Below, one piece after another: positions 1-12,151 of a DNA stretch of 64,000 bases. The position numbers and the translations under genes are program-made. The notes under the pieces were generated by a model, which ran no database searches, had not been told where the DNA came from, and worked only from the letters and a program-made list of their open reading frames with translations. The DNA comes from Octopus bimaculoides (lineage: Eukaryota), in assembly GCF_001194135.2 (NCBI RefSeq), contig NC_068989.1, forward strand, positions 96,669,250 through 96,733,249, given 5' to 3'. How positions within the stretch are numbered: the first letter of the stretch is position 1; each line of letters opens with the position of its first letter.

Positions 1-569
1 CCAGCCCCCCTCAGTTGTCTTCAAGTGAGGTACTTTATTCCATATTTTTATATGATTGACTTGCCAAGTTACCACACATATTGTTTATGTTAGACATAAT
101 GAATGTCACAATTGCTCAAATGGCACCATTTTCCTCTGCAGACATGCAGAGGTAAACAGACACATACATGCACACTCACACGTGTGTATATATATCCCTG
201 TATAGAAGGATTGTATATACAATTTACTCAGTGAGTTTCCATGCAGTTACTATTTACCAAATTCTCATCATAGGGCATTGGTCAACTCAAAGTTGTAGAA
301 GAAGACAGTTACCCAAAAAGCCATACAATTGGGTCAAGCCTAAAACCATTTGGTTGCAAAGAAAGATTTTTAACCATATAACCATCTCTTCACCTTTTAA
401 ATTTGAAAAGCTATCCAAACAATGTTGGTTTCAAAAACTCATGTAGCAATTATATTCAGTCTTTTCACTTCATTTCATTTCTCTATTCATCATCCTTGGT
501 TACATCATTAATTAATTGGGTATCATTCAGAGGTAGGTTTAATAGCATAACTACAGATTCCTGCTCCAC

Positions 570-2620
570 CCGACTTTGGATGATCATAACTTTCAGAAAA
601 TTGGATACGTTTTAATGAAATTTTCTACGAATATGTGTTATATCATGTAGATTCCGAATATATAAAACTTATGGGGGAATGTGTTTTAGAAGGGGCTGGA
701 GTGGGGGATTTCGGAAAATTCACCGGCGTTCACTTCAATCTGTCTTAACTTTCAAGAAAATAGATATTTTTTAATGACATTTTCAATAAATATACCTCGG
801 ACTAGGTAGATTCCGAGAACATAGGAATTTGAGGGGAAAACAATTGGGTGTTACTTTTGAGGAACGTTCCCCACTTGGGGGTGTTTCGGAACAAGTCATC
901 AATATTTGTGTCATTTTCTCCGTTTCGTGCATTTGTGCATCCGTAGATTTCGACTGAAGCAGCAGCAATGAAAACTCATTATGCTAAAAATAGCAGCTAA
1001 AGGTCTAAACATTTCTAACAGAAACACATTGAATTGAATAATTCCCCGTTTGAACTTTTTTAATTACATGTGTGTGGACACTGGGAATAAGCATGCCATC
1101 CCTGTGTGCTTTTTTTCTTCCTCTGTTTTGACAGGGGTTTTTCTAATTTTATTTTTCACTCAGCCCTTCCAGATGATGTGGTGGTCGTGGGCGACTTTCT
1201 ATGAATAATATTTTTTTCTTTTTTGAAAATTTATGATTTTTTTCCTTTTTCACCTCAGCCCCACGCACTTAAAAACCACGAGAGAAGCTTTTTTCGCTAC
1301 TCCTTTATATCACACCTTTTCTTGTGAAAATATAAATTTTGCTTTTTGTTTGTTTTTTTAACCGTAAAAAACTTCTCTCATCGTTTTTAAGGGATTACTA
1401 CAGGAAAAGAAAAGAAAAAAATGGCCGAAATCTGTCTGGATGGGGGTTTTAAAGAGGTGAGAAAAAAGTTAGACGGTGGTGAAAAAGAAATTAGAAAAAT
1501 CCCCGTCAAAACAGAGATTTCTGATGGGAAACTCTGCTGAAATTAGTCATTTACTCATTGCAAAAGAGAAAAAGGATAATAATTGTTAAACAGCAAAACA
1601 TTTGAAGATATTTTTGATTTGTAACTTCAATAGAGTCGGAGTTGAGGATAAAATGTCTTGAAAGACAAATACACTCGTTATAACGACGGAAAATATAAGA
1701 CAGAAGAAAGAAAGAAAGAGTTTCGATTTAATGAAAACCATTTGAAGATATTATGCATTGATAACTAAAGTTTTGGCTGCCTCAGAGAAATCATGAAGTT
1801 TACAAGTGCCAGAATATATTTGTCATCCAAAGTCGAGTGGGGCAGGAATCTGTAGTTATGCCGGTGTAATCATTATTTACACCATGATCCGACAATGAAG
1901 TTTTTGCATTTTTTTACGGCCGGTTTCTTTAGTGTTTGTGTAAGACTACTTTTATATGTTTCCTATTTGGAAATAGATAATAAATATATTTTACTTTCGA
2001 AGTAGGAATATATATTGATAAACCCGTCACTTATAACTTACTTATAAGTGTTATCATTATACATAAATCCGGACTCCAGCTACATAAACACCATAGCCAG
2101 AAATATATACTCCGAAATGCTAACGGACATTTTATGCGTGCATGTATGTTGAAGATAAATGAATTCGTGTTCTTTTAACCGCTATAAAAAAAAATACAGA
2201 GTTTCATAATTGCAGAAATAAATTTCATTAACAAGTTGAAGAATGTGAAGAAAGAGAAAATAATTACTACATTAGTTTATTTATGTACCTTTAGCATTTA
2301 TGTCATTTTGTCGTAGACAATTACGACTTAAAATTTACACTCAGCTAATCCTTCATACTAACTACTAGAGTTCACAATTCAAATAAGTCTTGTTGGATTC
2401 TTATCATAGACATGGCATTAAAAAAATAGCCAATATCTCAACTAGTGAATGTCGTGGAGTTTAGTAACAATCCTACGAACACTATCGTGAGTGTCGAGGA
2501 GTTTAATAACCATTGACGAAAGTTTAGAATTCGGATACGGGCAGTAATTTTAACCAAAGGGATTACCAAGAATTATGCTTGCTCAGGCAGACGACCATTA
2601 CGTCATATTGTCGCCTTTTA
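570..2620. promoter_or_regulatory. CpG-rich segment, probable promoter/5' region
   Basis: Hand count of about 50 CpG in ~2.05 kb, versus 1 in 1-540 and fewer than 10 in 2640-4700. Contains AAAATGGCCG (YY1-like) at the candidate start codon. Confidence 0.6.
1421..1456 (+). CDS. Candidate first coding exon (MAEICLDGGFKE) of an unidentified gene
   Basis: aaaATGG start context, 12 codons, then a strong donor GAG|GTGAGA (phase 0). Lies inside the CpG-rich segment. No family recognised. Confidence 0.45.
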
Positions 2621-2661
2621 TGACTTGCTACACATTCAAGAAGACTGATGGAGATATGAAG
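2587..2661 (+). CDS. Possible internal exon (ADDHYVILSPFMTCYTFKKTDGDMK)
   Basis: ttgctcag| acceptor, 75 nt open, phase 0-0, weak donor AAG|gttaag, CpG retained. Confidence 0.2.
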
Positions 2662-5600
2662 GTTAAGTCAATGTTTTTCAATTTGTTTCTTGCCAACTAT
2701 GCCTTGGGATGTTGTACAATTGCCATAAACTTTTCAAATAAATAGAATAGAATGTTTTGTATTGTTATGTGTAGTCTGGTTCCAGGTCTTAATATTCTTC
2801 ATGATAAAGCACAAAAGTTAAATGATGAAGTTAGATGACACCAACAATAATTTTGTGAAAATAATGGTAATTACACATAGTATTAATGAAGCATTATTAG
2901 TTTCCAATGTCTGTCCTTTTGATCATGTGTTTCAGTTCTAGTAACTGAAGAACTCTCCATTTCAATCCTTTTGGAGTTCCTTTCACGGAAAGGCATATTA
3001 CAAATATTCCTGCCATAGAGTTTCCAAAAGTAAAACAATAAATAAACACAGTAGATTATCTTAATCAGTAGATTACCCTAATCAAACAGAAACTGGTTTT
3101 GCATTAGGATGTATTATCCCTTAAGAATTTACTATTAACCCATCCAACTTGTGTCTCTTTTTAGATATTATTAATGTGGCTATGGTAAATTTTGAAGAAG
3201 GCAGCTTCTTCTGCTCGCTGATAACATTTTGACTCAGGTTTTAATCCTGACAAAGATTTTCTTAATATGCTTAAAATAGAAATGTTGCATTTCCTTTAAA
3301 TATTTTATTTCTAAGAACATCATGATTCCTTTCCTCAAAACACCAAGCACATAATAATGACCCCTGTGAGCTCATAATACTTCCAAGGGTGCTACACTCA
3401 TCTTAAAAACCACTCTGCTACAGTAATGATGCTATATTTCAAATGAAAGACAATGTCTAGGGGTTTTTTTTTTTTTTATGTTGAGAAAATCAAGAAATTA
3501 AAGGAATTAGTAAAATAATTTTCTCAATTAAACATAAAAATTAAATTTTCAGTGAAATTAGTTCTTATTTCTTGAAAATATCTTCTTTTTTTTTTACTTA
3601 GGAAAGTCACCAAAAATTGCTGCTAGATTTTGTTTTCCATTCTCCAACTAGGAAGCAAGTTTGGATTCATTGAGAATCATTTGCATCTGTCATTCAATAC
3701 ATTGGTACCTCCCTAAATATTTAGTAATTAATAAGTTACTGTTTGGAACATAATTTAACAAAAGAGATTCTAACACTAAAATATGATAGAAAGAATTAAT
3801 GTGAGTGCAAAACCTTTAAAATGAACTAAGGGTAGTTTCAAGTGGATTGGTATGAAAAAGAGTTAAATCTGTTCATTTTTTGAAGATTCTTCATTTAGTC
3901 TGGAGGGAGGGTAGAGCTTAGGATTGCATAAAGGATCTCCAAGACTGATAGGAATGGTGGAAGGAAGAAAGTCTTCTCAAACCAGAGACCTTGCTTGAAT
4001 GCTTGTTACTGAGTTGGGCTCTGCTTATGGTTACCCATAGGCCAATCAGTGGTGTTAAACTGATTGAAATATTCACTCTACCCAATGTATTGATTTGAAG
4101 ATGCCCCATCACGAAGAGAGCTCCTCCAACCGTCAAATGCAACTAGAAAATATCTTTTAACCAGGCTTTGCTTTTCTTTTTTTTTTTTTTTTTTCATTCA
4201 GTCTCATTTGGNNNNNNNNNNAGTTCTGTAGAGCAAAAGAAATGTCAGATCTTTAGCTCAGTACTTTGACTTACTGAGCTAATATCTAAGAGCAACACAA
4301 ATTACTATGAAGTGGAAGTTTTATTTACTACTTATTATCTACCAAACATCTAATTCAAGCTGCATTATTGGTGTTTTACCTTTCTCCCTTTTCCTCTCCT
4401 CTTTCTATTGGGGTTGTATTCTTTTCAGATTTGTTAATACTTTCTTTACTGTGAACTTCAATTTTCATTATTTTTATTTCTATCATTTTCCTGTTTTTCT
4501 TCATCTTTGTATTTCTTGTTTTATTTATTTATTGCCAGTTTTCAATCTGGCTTCTACCATTTCTGTATATTTCAGAATTTTGTGGTTTGATTACTTGATT
4601 ACTTCAAGTATTTCTCTCTGTCTCAAGTGATATCAAAAAAAAAAAAATTTGATTTTTTATTGTTGCGTTTCTAATACTTTATGCTTTGGGTTTATGTTTT
4701 TTTTCCTTTTTCGATAATATTGTTTCAAAACGATTATTAACCCATAAAAAATATTAAGTAGATTCATGTAATCTTTTGTTTATTGTTGTCTATTTGAAAT
4801 GACTGATATCTCTCACATGATGTGGTAAAAACCTGTTGCATAGAAATCTGTTTTTCACTCTGAGAAGCCTAACTCTCATTAAAGAAAAGCCTGTAGAAAA
4901 TTAACAGATGCTATTTCCTTGGAATGAGGCACCGGGGAATAACACTCATAATAATATTACAAAAACTAATTGTATCGGTTCATTGGTTGTTAAGGGAAGG
5001 ACATCATGCCACAAATAACTGTGCTTTCTTTCTTCTTTTTTTTCTCTGAAGCAAATTTAAGTTTGATGGAAAGTAGTATATCATATAATTTGGATGCATT
5101 TATTTTATTTAATTTTCTATTCTTCTTTGTTTCAACTATAAAGTCCTTAATATTCATTGTATAACTGCTATTGCAATTCTCTTCAGTACAAAGCAACTAA
5201 GGCTTTATCAATTGCACTATATCATTTCATTAAGAAAATATTTTGGCCAAGAGAAAGTTAGGAAAGCTCTATGATGCATGCAATTAGGAAGAAGCTTTTT
5301 TTTTAAAATTCTTAGTTGTGTAGAAAGAATGACAGAGACAAGTAAATGTAATTTTAAATTTATATATAAATTAATAAGAACACTCCAATGTTAATTTTTT
5401 TCCCTGCAGAAATAACCATTGTAACTGCAGGTGCACTACAGCTGCAGTTATTTCATAGACTAAGTCTTAGGTTGTTATAAGAAGAATAATGTGGTTTGTT
5501 GTGTAGTATCTACCATGTCATTGCCATCATCAGTTTAAGCTGAATCATGGCTCTCAACCTGAAAATAAATATGCCAACTTCCAAACCTTATTCTCATATT

Positions 5601-6070
5601 TTTTAAACTGAAGGATGCATATTACTTCCTTGGGAGCATTTTTTAAACAGGCACAAATCTTCATATTATAATTTATTTATAATTTTTTTTGGGGGGAAGG
5701 GGCAGTGTGCATGGTCTCTGCATACCCTGTGAGGCCTGTCAGTTGATGCCATTCATTTTCCATTGAAATTGTTACAGATCAAAGACATGAACAAGAAGCA
5801 GATTCCTGAGAGCTGAGGTTTTGGAGAGGAAGGACAAGGAATAATAGTTAAGGCAAAGCCAGGGAGGAGGAGGGGATGTTAGATACAACAAGGATAATAA
5901 AAGGTGGAGGAGTAGGTTGAGAGGACAAGTGGGTGATGTAAATGAAACTTGTAACTGACACCTGGATTGCCAGATCAATTTCAATTTTTGTAAAGCTGCA
6001 GGTTGTATTAGAAAAGATTTACTTTTGCTGACAATTAAACATTTTAAATAGAAAGTAGCCCACATTAAAT

Positions 6071-6610
6071 TCATCATCATCATCGTTTAACGTCTGCTTT
6101 CCATGCTAGCATGAGTTGGACGATTTGACTGAGGACTGGCGAACCAGATGGCTGCACCAGGCTCCAATCTGATCTGGCAGAGTTTCTACAGCTGGATGTC
6201 CTTCCTAACGCCAACCACTCTGAGAGTGTAGTGGATGCTTTTACGTGCCACTGGCACGAGGGCCAGTCAGGCGGTACTGGCAACAGCCACGCTCAGATGG
6301 TGTTTTTTACTTGCCACCTGCACAGGAGCCTGTCCGGCGGCACTGGCAACGACCTCGCTCAAATGTTTTTTCACATGCCACCAGCACAAGTGCCAGTAAG
6401 GCAACGCTGGCAACGATCATGCTCAGATGGTGCTGTTAGCGCTCCATTGGCACAGGTGCCAGTCAACAAATTTGATTCGATTTTGATTTCACTTGCCTCA
6501 ATAAGTCTTCACAAGCAGGGTTTTGTGTCCTAAGTGGGCTGGCTACACCTCTGGCAAAGGCCACGGGTTATGGTCTCACTTGGCTTGCCGGGTCTTCTCA
6601 TGCACAGCAG
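6071..6610 (-). mobile_element. RTE-LINE 3' end/3'UTR-derived repeat (family A) with (GAT)n tail
   Basis: Near-identical to 13430-13890, 25684-25971 and 44527-44740. Carries ~65-bp internal modules and the RTE ORF end (rc gtgcatgagaagacccggcaagccaagt). Confidence 0.85.
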
Positions 6611-7539
6611 TGTTGTTTCAGAAAATTATAAATAAATACTTCGTTTTTTACAAATTAAACATTTTATATATTTTCTACCATATTCATTTTATCTTTTGGA
6701 TCTTCCAAACTTCATATTTCAAAGTTTGATTCTTATCATAAGAGTAAGAGAAAAAAACAAAGAAATTTCTTATACAAATAGGCTGTTGTGCTATATTTGG
6801 AGATTCTTTGCACTAAATAACCTAGACTTTCTCCCTCTCTCTCTCTCCCTCTCTCTCTCTCCCTCTCTCTCTCTCCCTCTCTCTCTCATCATCGTTGTTG
6901 TTATCTACGTTTAATGACAATTTGTGTGCAATATTTCAGCTGTTCCATTTTTATTCTATTTATATATTTATATGTTTATTTAGTTATTGGAAATGTAAAA
7001 CAATACCTAAATGATTCCATATTGAGATTTTAGTCTTATCTAATGCCAAAAGGTTTTTACTTTACGAGTTCTTCCTTTTCCATTTCTGTTATTCTTTCGC
7101 TTTTGAGTGTAGACTTCACAGAGGAAGAACAAAAAGAAAAGAAAGAGAAAAACAAATACTTGTACTGCAAACATATTCATGCAGCAGCTTCAATAAAAAA
7201 AGACAGGAACTAAAAACCATTACACACACACACAATGTGTACCATACGTCTTAAGACACCATTTTTCTTCACTATACTTTTGAAAAATTTGACAGGTTTA
7301 TGAGCCACATGTTAGTTCATTGCAAAGCTTTTCATTTTTTGTTACTTTTTTTTGTAATATAGTATTAAAAATTTTTTCTTGTTAATATTTTCACCTACAC
7401 TATAGTACATTTATACTTCTGTATAGAAAAATGAGATATCTCACAGAGATTTTTGTGGAATAATGACAATTTGTTTTTTTTTAACATGCAAATTTCTTTT
7501 AGAAATTTCCCCGGGGGGAAATGTTTCAACCAGTGCCAT

Positions 7540-7872
7540 GGTAAAAGGGAAAGAGCCCCTTCGGTCATGAATGACCATGGAATTGTACTTAGAAAATTTC
7601 CATCCAAGGCACAAGTCCAGGTAAGGTTGTTTATGAAAGACCAGCAGTCGTCCGTACAAACCAACCTCTCTCCTTTCCAAACCACCAATGTTATTATCTA
7701 AAGGAAGGCAAAGCCCAATACAGTTTGGTTACAGCTCACTACTACAGCTGAATGAACTGGAGCAACATGGAAAATAATATGTCTTGCTCAAGAACAGAAC
7801 ACACAGCCTGATTCAGGAATCAAACTCACTACCTCTTGACTGTGAGTGCAACATTCTAACCAGTGAGCCGTA
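7540..7872 (-). mobile_element. tRNA-derived SINE (family E)
   Basis: The rc has a tRNA-like head (ggctcactggttagaatgttgc...gagtttgattcc) followed by gtgttctgttcttgagcaagac. Second copy at 29240-29500. Confidence 0.75.
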
Positions 7873-8079
7873 GGTGTTTAGGGTAAATCCCAGCTGTTTG
7901 CTCTTGAAACCCATCTGCTTACTCCATTATTACAAGCAATATGGATCCATTATTATTGCTGTATGTAAACCAAGTTGCAAATATCGGAATTGAGATTATG
8001 GGAATATTATTTGCAGAGTTGTTCAATAGACAAAAAAGGGAAATGGAAAAATGTTGGCATTGTTTATTCTTCATTACAG

Positions 8080-8142
8080 GTGTTTCGTTTTCTAATAGGC
8101 ATCACAATGAAGCTTTGTGATTCCTATTAGAATGTGAAACAC
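8080..8142 (+). ncRNA. Pre-miRNA-like hairpin (candidate)
   Basis: 28-bp stem (24 Watson-Crick, 2 G:U, 2 mismatches) with a 7-nt loop. The G:U pairs favour folding of the + strand. No known miRNA recognised. Confidence 0.3.
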
Positions 8143-8177
8143 ATATAATGGAAAATAAATAGTACCCCAAAATTTGG

Positions 8178-8255
8178 CATCTTAGGCAAGTGTCTTCTAC
8201 TACAGCCTCGGGCTGACCAAAGCCTTGTGAGTGGATTTGGTAGACAGAAACTGAA

Positions 8256-8294
<39 letters not shown>

Positions 8295-8491
8295 GTGTAT
8301 GTGTTTGTGTATCTGTGTTTGTTCCCCCAACATCGCTTGACAACATCCCCATAACTTAATGGTTCGGTAAAAAAAGGCCAATAGAATAAGTACTAGGCTT
8401 ACAAAGAATAAGTCTTGGGATCGATTTACTCAACTAAAGGTGGTGCTCCAGCATGGCCGCAGCGAAATGACAAACAAGTAAAAGAATAAAG

Positions 8492-8494
<3 letters not shown>
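8178..8494 (+). mobile_element. tRNA-derived SINE (family C), 5'-truncated
   Basis: ggcaagtgtcttctacta...aaagccttgtgagtggatttggtagac...ccagcatggccgcag...aaacaagtaaaag; matches the rc of 38646-38998. Confidence 0.85.
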
Positions 8495-8524
<30 letters not shown>

Positions 8525-8526
<2 letters not shown>

Positions 8527-8929
8527 TTTATATCTTTTATATTTCACTTGTTTCAATCAGCAGGCTGTGGCCATGCTGGAGCCTTGAAGAATTTTACTTG
8601 AATGAATTGACCCCGGAAGTTATTTTTTAAAGACTGGTGCTTATTTTTTCAATCTCACTTGCTGAACTGCTAAGTTACAGGAACATAAACATACCAGACC
8701 AGTTGTCAAGTGATGGTGGGGGGGATAGACTGGGACACAAAGACACACACATACATACACACCCACACACACATACATACACACAATGGGTTTCTTTCAC
8801 TTTCCATTGACCAAATTCACTCACAAAACTTTGGTTGGTCTCTGTTTATAATAGAAGACACTTGCCCATGGTGCCATGCAGTGAGGCTGAATCTAGAACC
8901 ATGTAGTTGGGAAGCAACCTTCTTGCCAC
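8525..8929 (-). mobile_element. SINE family C, inverted, tail-to-tail with 8178-8494
   Basis: Diverged reverse-complement copy separated from the previous one by a ~30-bp (AT)n tract. Confidence 0.8.
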
Positions 8930-9504
8930 GCATCATTATTACCATTATCATTTTAGCATTTACCTTTCTATGCACAATTAGTAAATTATTCTTCTTTTAA
9001 TCACCTGAAGCCTTTAGCCATGACTCAGTGAGTTCTGCATGTGCACGCTTCTTCAGAAAGCTGCTTGTCTGGAAAAGGCATGAATGCCACAACCTCTCAT
9101 TTCGTATTTCTTCATACTTCATCAAATATAGATCTTTTGATCCTACTTAGAACAAAATAAAAGCCACAATCTATCTTAGAATTCCAGCATCAATATCAAT
9201 GTGAAATAGTTATAAAGTCTGCTGATTCTTTTACAGGAAAAAGTGATTAAATAGTTATATAATTGACTGCATTCTTTCTTCATACTAAGTAAAGTCAATA
9301 TAGAAGAGATTAGTTGTGAATGGCAATTAATTCTCTTCTATCTGTACAATCTTTGCTAGATCCACTTACTTGCAATGGAAAAATATGCTAAGTTTTCTTT
9401 GGAACATATAACTCAATTGTATTTAGGAGATTATTCAATAATGATTTCTTTCTTTTAGACTTCTCTGCTAATTTCTTTTTTCTCTGTCTATGTCTCTGTC
9501 TCAC

Positions 9505-9539
<35 letters not shown>

Positions 9540-10116
9540 TGCTTAAAAAGGAAAAAAATTAGCCATATATATACATATATATATATATGGCTAACTTTTG
9601 CTTTCTAACTTCTATAGAATTGCTTATTCTACTATTCTTAAAAATTATAATGACTGATTTAACATTTTTCTTCTCATACACCCTCCAACAACTTTCATCT
9701 TTTTTCTTAAATTTCCTGTCTCTGTTACACCCCAGCACCTCACCCACCCCACTTCAAAAGACGCTATTTGTCCTATAGTTGCTTTCTGGTAGCCTTCCTT
9801 TGCTTATTGTCCTCATATACATGCTTTGTATTGCCCTATAGTTGCTTGCTGTCATCTTGTACTTGCTTGCTATTGTCCTACAATTGCTTTTTATTGTCTT
9901 ATTTTGCTTACTGTTGTCTTAGAATTGCTGTTTGTTATTCTGTTCTTATTGACCATTACTTGTTAGTTGCTGGCAGTAATTCTAATTATCAAACTCAAAT
10001 GACAGGAAGATTAAGATGCTGGATTACTTATGACAAATGTTGTGTTCCTGAGTGAGTGAGGCCCATAACTTTGCTTCATTCAGGTTAACTATCAAAACAG
10101 ATTTTCCTTTTCTTCA

Positions 10117-10720
10117 GGGATAGTGATTGCCTGTGTATTGGCCTTTCCCTGAGGTGTGGCCTCCAGATCCATGAGCCTCATGAATGCCACTGCAGATCCT
10201 CTGTAGATTCTTTCGGCCTCTACCCACTGTCCTGCCATCATAGTGCTGGCTATCTTCCATGCTATCCTACCATGACAAGATCATAAAGCAGGGCCTTGAC
10301 TTGACATCACAGGATTCCCTGCCCAGCTAGACCAAGGGGATGGTAAAAGGCTGGACAGTATTACAATTTTTTCAAATTCTGTGGTGGTAGGCACCTCACC
10401 TGGGGTGCCACATATTGTAACATCTCCAGAGGCCACTTGGTGTTGTCAACTACCAGCCCAGGCTCCACTGTTCATAGGGCTGAGGAAAACAAACTGTCAA
10501 ACTATTGGTCACTCACCAACAATTTATGGCTAAGCTTGTGACAGTCAAGACTTCCAACATTCTTCTCTCTCCCCCCCCCCCGATCATATCCCTGTTCACC
10601 GCTATCAGGGTGGAGATTGCTGTCTGCAAGGGCAAGCCCCGTGAGTGAGAAAGGCTGTTCGAGCACATCTCCTCTGGGGCAACGCCTTTTCTGTTTTGTT
10701 TGTTGGTGCCATGAGAAATG
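10117..10720 (+). mobile_element. CRE-like (RLE-type) non-LTR retrotransposon C-terminal fragment, degenerate
   Basis: Translates in pieces to ...DQGDGKRLDSITIF...GGRHLTWGATYC and a terminal LFEHI...GNAF motif (consensus DGKRPDGxT...WDxTC...LFQRIS...RGNA). Homologous to 28120-28570. Confidence 0.7.
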
Positions 10721-10889
10721 TCATTCAATGACTTCATCAAAGAGTTTAATGACATCTGCTTAACTGTGCATCAAAGACTGTATCCTCACAGTGCTCTTAC
10801 TGAACTGCTGACTGCTTGAAGCAAGAGTAGTGGTTGACTGTAACAAGATCAACAAGTTGTATAAAGGAAAGGAAAAAGAAAAATTCATA

Positions 10890-11270
10890 GGTGCAAGCCT
10901 ATGATGTGCAATTACATAGCCCACCTTGCAACCATGTGGATCCAGGTTCAGTCCCACTGTGCAGCACTTTGGTCAAGTGTCTTCTACTTCAGCATCAGGT
11001 AGAGAGAAACTGTATGGAAGCCTGTCATATATGTATGTTTGTATGTATGTATGTATGTGTATGTAGGTGTCTTTGTGTTTTTATTTATCCCCCAAAACTT
11101 GACAAGTGGTGCTGGTTTATTTACATCCCATAACTTAGTGGTTCAACAAAAGGGCAAGAGAATAAATATGAGACTTAAAAATTAGTACTGGGGACGATTT
11201 GTTCAATGAAACCCTCCAAAGTGGGGCCTCAGCATTGCCACAGTCCAATGACTGAAACCAATGAGAGATA
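10890..11270 (+). mobile_element. SINE family C
   Basis: Head ggtgcaagcc...caggttcagtcccactgtgcagcactttggtcaagtgtcttctac; tail ...gaccactgaaac-like. Confidence 0.75.
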
Positions 11271-11575
11271 AGATGACAACCGTCTCCCTACCCATTATAT
11301 ATATATTCTGGGTAAATAGGGTTTTTGATTTAAGGTTTTCTTCAATCTCACGTAATACGATTTTAGGCTTATCACCATTGATTAGAAAAAATCGTTAGTC
11401 AAAAGAACCAACGAAGAGAAACCAATTTCAAATGGGTTTCTGTCAATGTAAATTGTATATTTTTTGCATACAAACTTTATTTTGTTCAATTCTAAATCTA
11501 AACTGTCAGATGAATAGGGACATGAAACTCTGAGTAGCAGGTTTTTGTGATGTTTTTGTGATGTTTTTGCAGCTT

Positions 11576-11589
11576 TAATAACAATAATA

Positions 11590-11649
<60 letters not shown>

Positions 11650-11678
11650 TATATACATATATATATATNNNNNNNNNN

Positions 11679-11705
<27 letters not shown>
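11576..11705. repeat. (AAT)n followed by (AT)n microsatellite, with 10-N gap
   Basis: Direct reading. Confidence 0.95.
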
Positions 11706-11710
<5 letters not shown>

Positions 11711-11755
11711 CTCTGTGCGTGTAATATATACATGTATATACGTCTGATATGTCTG

Positions 11756-11932
11756 CATCATCATCATTATCACAATCATAATTTAATGTCCGTTTTCTTT
11801 GCTGGCATGGGTTGGATGGTTTGACAGGAGATGACTAGGTAGAAGACTGCACCAGGCTCCACTTGTCTGTTTTGGCATAGTTTTTATGGCTGGATGCCCT
11901 TCCTAACACCAACTACCTCATAGAGTGGACTG
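11756..11932 (-). mobile_element. Family A tail fragment
   Basis: catcatcat...gctggcatgggttggatggtttgac...ggctggatgcccttcctaacacc. Confidence 0.75.
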
Positions 11933-11973
<41 letters not shown>

Positions 11974-12151
11974 AATAATAATAATAACCTTGGAAATTCT
12001 TGGTGATAACTTATAGAGCCTAGCTTCATTACTGCTGGTTTCATCCCTCACCAGACAAAACTTTGTTTTCGTGCAAGACAATTTCTCTGCATCTGAGTCC
12101 ATCCGACAACCTTTGTATTTTGGTGATGTAAGTTTCAGAAATATTCTTTTC

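Noticed and set aside
142-151. 10-nt microexon-like segment (ttttcctctgcag|ACATGCAGAG|gtaaac)
   Set aside because: Lies upstream of the inferred promoter, has no partner exons in view, and is too short to judge.
796-953. Minus-strand exon-like segment (SKSTDAQMHETEK...NLPSPR|gtatat)
   Set aside because: Overlaps the repeated GTAGATTYCGA motifs that look like transposon subterminal sequence; no protein resemblance and no downstream partner found.
2936-2995. VLVTEELSISILLEFLSRKG resembles my recollection of the MINDY4 N-terminus (VEEVAASLVREFLSRKG)
   Set aside because: No Met, no GT donor before the stop, phase incompatible with upstream candidates, and no other MINDY4 motifs (e.g. GGPCG) found in the window. 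A tblastn with a mollusc MINDY4 would settle it.
5422-5450. 9-bp inverted repeat taactgcag...ctgcagtta
   Set aside because: Short and built on the self-palindromic CTGCAG; expected by chance.
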